DNA of 34,503 nt from Candidatus Nanohaloarchaea archaeon (GTDB taxonomy: Archaea > Nanohalarchaeota > Nanosalinia > Nanosalinales > Nanosalinaceae), in contig JBEQBQ010000009.1 in NCBI GenBank assembly GCA_041639695.1, positions 8,209-42,711 on the forward strand, in the 5' to 3' direction. Below, in pieces: positions 8,257 to 15,096 of this stretch. A program made the translations under genes and the position numbers. The notes below the pieces were generated by a model, which saw only the letters and a list, made by a program, of their open reading frames with translations, did not search any database and was not told the DNA's origin. Numbering within the stretch: the first letter of the stretch is position 1; each line of letters begins with the position of its first letter.

Positions 8257-9048
8257 ATGTACCCCCTCAGAAGAGTTGAGGACGAAAACCTTTACTACTA
8301 CGAATCCAATCAGGACTCTGATCTAACCCTGATATTCGCTCCTGGAGGTTTTAACCCCGAGATTTGGAGGCATCAGGTAAAGTATTTCTCTAGGAAGATT
8401 CATACGATAAGCTTCCAGCCTACCAGTAACAATAGAGGTTTTGAAGGCGAGAAAAGAGCTCTGGAGAACGTGCTTAAACAGGACCAGGTTAAGAACGCAG
8501 TACTTGTGTCTAATGTTCTTGGAAACCCTGTCATCCAGTCGTTTGAGGACAGGGAGAATGTAATGGCCACAGTATTTACAGGTATGTTGAAGAACTACTC
8601 TCTTCCTACACGACTATACTCTATGGCCTCAAGGTTCTTGGGAGCTGAACCCAAACTCTTCAAGAAGATGTTTTTCTCGAGCTATACAGAGTACAGAGTG
8701 GTGAAACAGTTCCTTAGAGATGCCGAGTTCCCTTCATACGACGTTTTCAAGAGTTTCGCGAACGAGTACGATATCAGGACGCCGGTAAAACCGAATCTAG
8801 TGATTCATTCTGAGGAGGACAGGTTTTCCTCGCTTGAAAGAGTCAAAAAACTGGAAAACAATTCAACTTCTCTGATTAAACGGTCGGGAACTTTCAGTTT
8901 TTATGAGAAGCCGCAGGAGTACAACAAGGCCTTGAACGATTTCCTTGTTAACGTGGATGAAAAGATTGAGGAGAGAAAAATGTATGAATCGAAAAAACGT
9001 AACAGATCGCTTTCAGAGTTCGAGAAAAAGGTGAAGGCAAAGAGATGA
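8257..9048 (+). CDS. alpha/beta-hydrolase-fold protein, apparently lacking catalytic residues
   Basis: LIFAPGG...W..Q..YFS, P.LVIHSEEDRFS, EKPQEYNKALNDFL pattern. Start taken at the second Met (MYPLRR); the track starts at 8239. Confidence 0.75.
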   Translation: MYPLRRVEDENLYYYESNQDSDLTLIFAPGGFNPEIWRHQVKYFSRKIHTISFQPTSNNRGFEGEKRALENVLKQDQVKNAVLVSNVLGNPVIQSFEDRENVMATVFTGMLKNYSLPTRLYSMASRFLGAEPKLFKKMFFSSYTEYRVVKQFLRDAEFPSYDVFKSFANEYDIRTPVKPNLVIHSEEDRFSSLERVKKLENNSTSLIKRSGTFSFYEKPQEYNKALNDFLVNVDEKIEERKMYESKKRNRSLSEFEKKVKAKR

Positions 9049-9578
9049 TCGCAGGAATTATACTATCGGAGACAGACGAACAAGAGGTTCACATCGCTTT
9101 TCTGGGAGATGATGTGACGGAAACCGTTTCCATAAAGGACAACGAGAAGATTGTTGAAAAATTGAAGGAAAGAAGCCCGGAGATCATAGCAGTGGATGCG
9201 GACACTGAGTACGGGGATGAAATGTTTTCGGACAGAGAGGAAGAACTCAAGGAGGAAGGATACAACTTTACTCCCTCGTCTGCTGAGAAGAGAAAAGTGA
9301 AGCGTTTGCAGGGTTTGAAGGCTATTCTCCGCAGGGATATGGAGATGCCTCCGGACTTCATAAGGTATGATCCGTTTATCTCAGCGAAAGAACTTGCGCT
9401 CGACGACGAGAAAGCGCTTGAGTCCCTGGGTATAGAGACCTCAGGTATTGACTCAGCCAGGCAATTTGATGCTATGCTGGGAGCTATCACAGCCCGTTAC
9501 TATGAACAAGGCGAGTTCAGGGATCTAGGTGTTATAGTGCCCGGAGAGCATGAGGACGAAGAGGAACAGCCACAATAG
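9045..9578 (+). CDS. DUF429-like predicted nuclease (RNase H-like fold)
   Basis: IIAVDA, REEEL...G and FDAMLGAITARYY resemble DUF429 motifs; ATGA overlap with the upstream gene. Confidence 0.55.
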   Translation: MIAGIILSETDEQEVHIAFLGDDVTETVSIKDNEKIVEKLKERSPEIIAVDADTEYGDEMFSDREEELKEEGYNFTPSSAEKRKVKRLQGLKAILRRDMEMPPDFIRYDPFISAKELALDDEKALESLGIETSGIDSARQFDAMLGAITARYYEQGEFRDLGVIVPGEHEDEEEQPQ

Positions 9579-9621
9579 TTAAAAAGATTTTACGAGTAAC
9601 AGGTGAATACAGGTCTTCAAA

Positions 9622-9966
9622 ATGGGAATGGAAAAGTTCTACAGGACGGTAAGGCAGAAGTTCGGGGTTGAAAAAGAACAGATTAAGGAGGAGATGAAGG
9701 ATGAAATTACTGAAGAGCTTCGTCAGGAGTTCGCACAGGAGATATCTTACATCGAAGCCCAAATGAAAGAATACGAACAGTTCGTCGCTGAAGTCAACCA
9801 CATGCTCTCCAAAATGAGAAAAGAAAGAGTAAGGGCAGGAGGAAACGGCGACAAACAGATCAAGATGGACGAGTTCGACCAAGATCTAGAGCCGCTGAAG
9901 AACAAGCTTCAGGAACTAGAAGAGTCGATGCAGAAAAGGCTTGACGAACAGAAAGCCTACAGCTAA
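9622..9966 (+). CDS. hypothetical coiled-coil protein
   Basis: 114-aa E/K/Q-rich helical ORF; GGTGA SD-like sequence upstream. Confidence 0.7.
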   Translation: MGMEKFYRTVRQKFGVEKEQIKEEMKDEITEELRQEFAQEISYIEAQMKEYEQFVAEVNHMLSKMRKERVRAGGNGDKQIKMDEFDQDLEPLKNKLQELEESMQKRLDEQKAYS

Positions 9967-9987
9967 CTCTTTTTCATCTCAATTTTA

Positions 9988-10869
9988 CTATTCTAATATC
10001 TCTTCCACGAACTCTTCCTTGTCAAACTCTTCTAGGTCATCGTAACCCTGACCTGTTCCTATGTAGGCGACCGGCTTTCCGCTTCTCTGGCTTATCGAGA
10101 TTATTGCGCCGCCGTTCTCATCTACATCCATTTTGGTAACAATTACTGCATCGAACATGCCTTCGTAGGCTTCAGCCTGTTCAAGCACATCGTTGCCGGA
10201 TAAAGCATCCACAACAAGGAAAGTGATGTCGGGATCGTTTACATCTACCATCTTCTCCAGCTCATCCATGAGATTCGTGTCGCTGTGAGAGCGACCTGCG
10301 GTGTCTACCAGAGCGACTTTATCTTCCTTCTCGGCGTGCTCCACGGTGTCGTATCCGACTGCGGCGGGGTCCGACTCATATTCGTGGGAAACCACGTCAA
10401 CACCAAGGTTCTCTCCATGCTCTTCCAACTGTTCTATAGATGCCGCGCGGAATGTGTCGCCGGCACCCATCACAACTTCTTGATTAAGGTGATAAGCAAG
10501 CTTCGATAGGGTCGTAGTTTTTCCAGTGCCATTAAATCCTATAAGAAAAACAGTTGCAGGATCCTCAGCTCCTTCTATATCTTTTTCCAGGTTATAAGAG
10601 TCATCTAAAAGCTCAAGCAAGGTTTCTTTTACGGCCTCGTTCACTTTTTCCTCGGCACCCATTCTCTTAACGTTCTCGCCAAGAAGCTGGTCTCTTAACT
10701 CTTCTTCTATTGCTTCAGCGGCTTCAAGAGAAACGTTGTTCTGTAGAAGTTTCAATCTAAGTTCTTCAAGAAGCGGATCCAAAGTTTCTTCATCTAGCTC
10801 TTTCTCTGCTACTGCTGATTTGACGTTCTCCGAGAAATCCTTTACCGAGTCCTTGAACTTGTCTAGCAT
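9988..10869 (-). CDS. ftsY: SRP receptor FtsY (NG domain only)
   Basis: GFNGTGKTTT, GDTFRAASIEQL, DPAAV, DTAGR, TKMD...GGA, IGTGQGYDDL. Confidence 0.96.
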   Translation of the reverse strand: MLDKFKDSVKDFSENVKSAVAEKELDEETLDPLLEELRLKLLQNNVSLEAAEAIEEELRDQLLGENVKRMGAEEKVNEAVKETLLELLDDSYNLEKDIEGAEDPATVFLIGFNGTGKTTTLSKLAYHLNQEVVMGAGDTFRAASIEQLEEHGENLGVDVVSHEYESDPAAVGYDTVEHAEKEDKVALVDTAGRSHSDTNLMDELEKMVDVNDPDITFLVVDALSGNDVLEQAEAYEGMFDAVIVTKMDVDENGGAIISISQRSGKPVAYIGTGQGYDDLEEFDKEEFVEEILE

Positions 10870-10921
10870 TTTTTACTGCCTCACATCTAAGATCAATAGA
10901 TGAAGAATTATTAAAACGGGA

Positions 10922-11164
10922 TTAGTTTTCCCGAACCAAGTCTCTGTCGGCTGAGTCAGGAAGTTCCTGATCACTATCTTCAGCATGTTTGTACGGTATT
11001 TCTCTTGTGAGCTGGATTGCTCCGCATTCCTCGCATTTGAAGCCGTCTCTTCTCATGCTTTTGTTTCCATCCTCGAGGGGTTCGCTTTCGTCCTGTTTTC
11101 TTACTCCCCATACAGGTACGAACATTCTTGAGCCGCATTCACATTCATCAGGTACGCTTGGCAT
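10922..11164 (-). CDS. small zinc-ribbon-like protein
   Basis: CECGS...FKCEECG cysteine pairs; acidic; TTTAAAT box about 28 nt upstream. Confidence 0.65.
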   Translation of the reverse strand: MPSVPDECECGSRMFVPVWGVRKQDESEPLEDGNKSMRRDGFKCEECGAIQLTREIPYKHAEDSDQELPDSADRDLVREN

Positions 11165-11204
11165 ACAAACAATATTTTATCTCGTGGCAATTTAAATCCG
11201 TCAG

Positions 11205-11975
11205 TTAGGACAGAGTTGTATAGTTCCCGGAGTCATCTTTTACTGTTAATTCTCCACCGTTATTGTAAAGGTCAACTGAGGTACCGGTTCCCGAATTAAA
11301 AACTATTCTACCACTATTACTGCTAGTTGAGCTCTCGCCACTCACCGACATCTGATACTTTGTTTGTGATTCCAGTTTAATGTCGGCATTTGTTAGTTTA
11401 AGTTTTCCGGGAGCAGAAGATGAAGGCGCGTATTTTACAGCCTTAAATGAACCTAAGTCATCCAGAATCTGTAATTCGCTACCGGAGGATCCGTTATTAC
11501 CTACATGTATTCTTGTCTTCTGATCTCCGTTACTTGTGAATGCATTATAAGCCTTATTGCCGTTTTCGTCCCTAAGTTGTGTTGAATTTGTGTTTATTGC
11601 AAGTCTCTTGGTGCCGTTCTCATCCTCTATGGCCTGATCTGTGGAAAGACGAAGATCGGTATTTGATACTTCGACAGGACCTCCGTTATTTAACTTGAAG
11701 TAGTTGGAATCTGAGTCTAGAAAATCTAGGCCCGAACTACTTGAAATATTGTTTTTTGTAAGCTTGAGGCCTGATACGGAAGTTATCCCTAGCGCACCAA
11801 GCCCTAAAGCACCAGTACCTAACTTCTTTAGGAACCTCCTTCTCGATACCTCTTTTTCGTTCTCCTTACCCCTTTTTATCTCAGTGTGTAGAAGTTCACT
11901 GAGTCGCTTGTTGCCCTCTTCAAGTTTTTGAACTCTTTTAGCTAGTCTGTCTACTTTTTCTTCAAAGTTGGGCAT
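11205..11975 (-). CDS. coiled-coil / Tat-motif protein with beta-rich fibre-like C-terminus (paralogue C)
   Basis: VSRRRFLKKLGTGALGLGALG; VSG|LKLTKNNIS; DFLDS, GGPVE, QAIED, SSSAPG.L.LTNA and GEL...D..GN.T.L blocks shared with paralogue B. Confidence 0.8.
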   Translation of the reverse strand: MPNFEEKVDRLAKRVQKLEEGNKRLSELLHTEIKRGKENEKEVSRRRFLKKLGTGALGLGALGITSVSGLKLTKNNISSSSGLDFLDSDSNYFKLNNGGPVEVSNTDLRLSTDQAIEDENGTKRLAINTNSTQLRDENGNKAYNAFTSNGDQKTRIHVGNNGSSGSELQILDDLGSFKAVKYAPSSSAPGKLKLTNADIKLESQTKYQMSVSGESSTSSNSGRIVFNSGTGTSVDLYNNGGELTVKDDSGNYTTLS

Positions 11976-11993
11976 AATAAAAAACCAGTATTA

Positions 11994-12005
11994 GTTGAAT
12001 AAAAA
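11994..12005 (-). promoter_or_regulatory. TATA-like promoter element of paralogue C (TTTTTATTCAAC)
   Basis: Box ends 25 nt upstream of the ATG; matches the family consensus TTTTTAT(T)CRAC. Confidence 0.55.
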
Positions 12006-12015
12006 TGGAGTGTGT

Positions 12016-12435
12016 TTACTTCTCTGCTGCTCCTTCCCTTGCTTCTTGCATCTGCTGTTGAATTTCCTGCATCTGCTGCTGAAGCTCTTGCATAGTCGAG
12101 TTCAAGTCTTCTCTGGTCTCGACTAGTTCCTTTCTTCTTCCGTCAAGAATCTCTTCCGCATCCTCGGTGCCTCGTTTTTCAAAGGCTTCGCCCCCAATAT
12201 TGGTGACAATCTTCGAGTTCTCCTTTAGCTCTCCTACAACGAAAGCACCTGAGCCAATCGGTACAAGGATTTCGGATCCTTCTTCCTGATCCTCAAGCTG
12301 ATTAACTGCATCGATGGTCTCGTTCATCTCGTCGATATTGTCTTCGACCTGGTCGATGAACTCCTGAACTTGTTCTAGCTGCTGCTGGATCTGCTGGTAT
12401 TTCTGCATCGACTGCTGTACATCTTGATCCGGCAT
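12016..12435 (-). CDS. pfdA: prefoldin subunit alpha
   Basis: Q/E-rich coiled coils flanking EILVPIGSGAFV.G.L....KIV.NIG; sits between rplX and ftsY. ATG at 12435 preferred over GTG 12444. Confidence 0.93.
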   Translation of the reverse strand: MPDQDVQQSMQKYQQIQQQLEQVQEFIDQVEDNIDEMNETIDAVNQLEDQEEGSEILVPIGSGAFVVGELKENSKIVTNIGGEAFEKRGTEDAEEILDGRRKELVETREDLNSTMQELQQQMQEIQQQMQEAREGAAEK

Positions 12436-12440
12436 TTCAA

Positions 12441-12617
12441 TCACTGTTCCTCTACTTTGTTGATGGAGATTTTTCCTCTATTGATTCCGTGCTCAGAACC
12501 TAGTTCTGAAAGAACCTGGTCTTCTGCCTGTTTCTCTGAATCTGCTTCTGTCTCTCTTTCGAATCCGTGGTTTCCTCTTCCGAGCTCGATTTCTCCCGAA
12601 ATAATGTACGTTGTCAT
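12441..12617 (-). CDS. rpl18a: 50S ribosomal protein LX (L18a/eL20)
   Basis: Below the ORF-track cutoff. Manual translation MTTYIISGEIELGRGNHGFERETEADSEKQAEDQVLSELGSEHGINRGKISINKVEEQ; the S.LGS.H...R..I.I signature and synteny fit. Confidence 0.9.
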   Translation of the reverse strand: MTTYIISGEIELGRGNHGFERETEADSEKQAEDQVLSELGSEHGINRGKISINKVEEQ

Positions 12618-12670
12618 AGTTCACTGAGCAAGGCCGAGTTTTTTAAAGTCCGTGTAATAGGCTTTAGAGC

Positions 12671-13399
12671 CTATGAAGTTGTCTGGCCTACAGAGTTACT
12701 GCCGTCCTTATCAGTCACGTTTGTACCCATACAGATATCTGCCACGTTAGAAGTCGATCCGCTGGCAAAAGTTAAAGTTCCACCGCGAATATGCGTAAAG
12801 GCGCTTCGGTCACCCTCTACGGTAATGCTGCCATCAATATGAACCGTAGTCATAACCATATCGGAGGAGTTTGTACCGAAAGTCCAGTCAGCGTTTATAC
12901 GGCTGCCTTTATCCCAGTGGGTTGAAGCTCCAAGCCACCTATAAGTCGTATTTATTGTTCGGTTAGTTGTATAGACACCACTCTCTAAGTGAATAGTAGC
13001 GCCTTCTGAAGCTTCGTTTAGGGCAGCGTCCAAACGTTCGTCGGGGTTAGATCCATCATAGGCGCCTGCATAGTGTCTATCTCCGGCGATTTGCTTTGCT
13101 TGTAAATTATCCATTTTGCCTGTGTCTCCGCTAATATTGCTGCCTGTGCCGGTGAAAATGCTATTCTTAGTTAATTTCATGCCGGATACTGATGTAATAC
13201 CAACTGCGCTAAGTCCTAATGCGCCAGCACCTGCTTTTTTCAAAAAGCTTCTTCGGGATATCTCGGGTTTCCGATCTTTGGGTTTCTTAGGGTTGTTGCT
13301 TTCCAGCCTCCTCACTTTCTCCGTCAGTTGTCTTTTTTCTTTTTCCAGTTCACCTACTCTGTCAAGAATCTTCTCAAACTTTTCTTCCAGGTCGCTCAT
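12671..13399 (-). CDS. coiled-coil / Tat-motif protein with pectin-lyase-like (beta-helix) C-terminus (paralogue D)
   Basis: ISRRSFLKKAGAGALGL (RR at aa 49-50); VSG|MKLTKNSI; YDGSNPDERLDAALNEASEGATIHLESGVY resembles a beta-helix cap. Confidence 0.8.
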   Translation of the reverse strand: MSDLEEKFEKILDRVGELEKEKRQLTEKVRRLESNNPKKPKDRKPEISRRSFLKKAGAGALGLSAVGITSVSGMKLTKNSIFTGTGSNISGDTGKMDNLQAKQIAGDRHYAGAYDGSNPDERLDAALNEASEGATIHLESGVYTTNRTINTTYRWLGASTHWDKGSRINADWTFGTNSSDMVMTTVHIDGSITVEGDRSAFTHIRGGTLTFASGSTSNVADICMGTNVTDKDGSNSVGQTTS

Positions 13400-13417
13400 A
13401 CGGTAAAGCGGGAAGCG

Positions 13418-13429
13418 GTCGAATAAAAA
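13418..13429 (-). promoter_or_regulatory. TATA-like promoter element of paralogue D (TTTTTATTCGAC)
   Basis: Box ends 25 nt upstream of the ATG; matches the family consensus. Confidence 0.55.
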
Positions 13430-13434
13430 CTCTT

Positions 13435-14079
13435 CTACTTGTGGTCTTCCATAACTCTATCTATCCTTCCTATCTCCGGACCTGTTGTGTCGTGTCCAAT
13501 TAGGATAAGAGAATCGTTTCCGACAGCTCCGGATCCCATGAAAGGGGAACCTGTGTTAATCGTTCCGATGTCGATGTCTTCGACCTGTAGAATTTCTTTT
13601 ACTTTTTCTGCGTCTTCCTCTGAAGCGTCTCTGTGTAGGACGGCACCTCTTGAATTTGCTACGCCGCAAACACCGGGGTTGGGGATACCTGCTATTTCTG
13701 CTGTCTTTACAGGGACTTCGATGGCTTCTGAAATCTTTGCTTTCTCGTGCTCAAGTTCCGGGGAGATTACCGCACCTTTATCGTTCGCAAGAACAACGTT
13801 TCCAAGTGCGGATTCGACTGAGTCGATTACCTCGTAGTTTATTCCGGCTTCTTCAAGTTTTTCCTCTTCGTACTCTTTGATTGATTCGGGTACTAGTAGG
13901 CAGTTAGAGTTTCCTGCGGTAAACAGTCCTACGAGGTTAGTTCCCGCGATTCTTGTCTCTACCTGTTTCTCCGGTAGCTCTTCTTCCTCGAACTCTCGGG
14001 CTTTCACTGCGTATTCGTTGGTTAGTGTCAGGTAGAATCCTGTGTTTATGTCGCCTTTGTAGTTGTATTTCTGTATCAA
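13435..14079 (-). CDS. eif6: translation initiation factor 6 (aIF6)
   Basis: IAGTNLVG...AGNSN.LLVP, ALGNVVLANDKGAVISP, GT.N.GSP..GSG...ND, G..TTGPEI.RI; TTG start with GAGGT SD. Confidence 0.95.
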   Translation of the reverse strand: MIQKYNYKGDINTGFYLTLTNEYAVKAREFEEEELPEKQVETRIAGTNLVGLFTAGNSNCLLVPESIKEYEEEKLEEAGINYEVIDSVESALGNVVLANDKGAVISPELEHEKAKISEAIEVPVKTAEIAGIPNPGVCGVANSRGAVLHRDASEEDAEKVKEILQVEDIDIGTINTGSPFMGSGAVGNDSLILIGHDTTGPEIGRIDRVMEDHK

Positions 14080-14127
14080 AACGGTTGGACCTCGTAGAAC
14101 AAATAATTTGGAGAGTAAAAAATGGTT

Positions 14128-14301
14128 TTACTCGTCTGTGTCGCCGCTTCTCCAGTGGCGGGACTTTCTTGGCTTGATAGACTTCTGTCTTGCCTTGTCC
14201 ATTCCGAACGCTTTGAGTGAGACCCAGCGTGGTGCGGATTTGGCTGATTTGTTTGCTTTAGCTAGACGTTTCTTCTTTCCTTTCGACTTGTTTGAACTCA
14301 T
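14128..14301 (-). CDS. rpl39e: 50S ribosomal protein L39e
   Basis: Below the track cutoff. Manual translation MSSNKSKGKKKRLAKANKSAKSAPRWVSLKAFGMDKARQKSIKPRKSRHWRSGDTDE; the K.RLAKA....P.WV..K...RHWR signature. Confidence 0.92.
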   Translation of the reverse strand: MSSNKSKGKKKRLAKANKSAKSAPRWVSLKAFGMDKARQKSIKPRKSRHWRSGDTDE

Positions 14302-14311
14302 AGTATCTTTT

Positions 14312-14632
14312 TCACCTTCTGAATTTTATATCCGATTCATCTTTGTCGTTTTGAATCTGTTTTAGGATTTGTTTCATCCTTTCGTCGTTGACCTTGTTTA
14401 TCTGACCTCGTTCGCCCAGCATAGCGATCTGCTGCGCCACAGATAGTGCGAGATCTTCTTTGACGGCTTTGATGTTTGAGAGCCGGTCTTTCGCATCGCT
14501 GGTCATGTAGCTCCTGGCTTTCGACCAGATCTGCTGCTTCTGCTGTTCGGCAGCTTCTTCACGAGTCTCTCCCTGGTTCTCTAGTTCCTTCCTCTTCTGC
14601 TCTCTTAATTCTTCTAGCTCGTCGTCATCCAT
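14312..14632 (-). CDS. PDCD5-like double-stranded DNA-binding protein
   Basis: DELEELR...ELE, MT.DA.DRL.NI..VK..LA..V..Q, I.F.R C-terminus; directly downstream of rps19e. Confidence 0.88.
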   Translation of the reverse strand: MDDDELEELREQKRKELENQGETREEAAEQQKQQIWSKARSYMTSDAKDRLSNIKAVKEDLALSVAQQIAMLGERGQINKVNDERMKQILKQIQNDKDESDIKFRR

Positions 14633-14640
14633 CGTCCTTT

Positions 14641-15048
14641 TTATTCGACGGTGTTCGCCTTCGAGTCAAGGAAGCTCTTACCTTTCTCGGTAATCTTCCG
14701 GCCTTCTCCTTCTTCCTCTTCGACAAGTCCTGCTTCTTCGAGGTTCTGGAGAGCTGTTCTGATTACTTTACCTGAAGCCTTTGAATGGTGCTCGGGTGCG
14801 TGACCGTTGTTCTTGCTTGTTCCGTAGATGGTTCTAAGCTTTGATACGCCTAGAGGTCCTTCCATGTAGATTCTTCTAAGGATTGCAGCACTTCTGATAA
14901 AGTACCAGTTCTCCTGCTGTGGAGGTTTCTCTTTTCCTACTCCTGTCTTAACATAGTTAGTCCATTCAGGTTCTTCGAACTCTTCTTCAAGATCTTTTGC
15001 AGCTTCCTTGATCAGGGGCTCTGCTTTTACGTCATAAGCCGTGGTCAT
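14641..15048 (-). CDS. rps19e: 30S ribosomal protein S19e
   Basis: PEW..YVKTG..KE.PP.Q.NWY.IR.AAILR.IY..GP.GV..LR..YG, ASG.VIR.ALQ.LE.AGLV, GR.IT..G.S.LD. Confidence 0.96.
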   Translation of the reverse strand: MTTAYDVKAEPLIKEAAKDLEEEFEEPEWTNYVKTGVGKEKPPQQENWYFIRSAAILRRIYMEGPLGVSKLRTIYGTSKNNGHAPEHHSKASGKVIRTALQNLEEAGLVEEEEGEGRKITEKGKSFLDSKANTVE

Positions 15049-15096
15049 ACAGACATAATCTATTGAAAAACTTTTAAATGTGGGAACAGTTGGGAA

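Noticed and set aside
12016-12435. CAG/Gln-rich low-complexity runs
   Set aside because: Normal prefoldin coiled-coil coding sequence, not a repeat element.
12657-12674. Short inverted repeat ATAGGCT-TTAG-AGCCTAT over the stop of paralogue D (and AAAAAC-TAAA-GTTTTT at the stop of A)
   Set aside because: Only 6-7 bp stems, not seen at B or C; compatible with chance or simple terminators.
4840-13399. Prophage or provirus explanation for the fibre-like genes
   Set aside because: No integrase, capsid, terminase, portal or att/tRNA site; the copies are interleaved with essential genes.
4840-13399. Diversity-generating retroelement or invertase shufflon driving head variation
   Set aside because: No reverse transcriptase or recombinase, no near-identical TR/VR pair, and no inverted promoterless head cassettes in this window.
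5186-13406. Similar-looking plus-strand ORFs at 5186-5566, 6146-6628, 11704-11931 and 13116-13406
   Set aside because: Antisense shadows of the four paralogues; their S/F/L-rich composition mirrors E/K codons.
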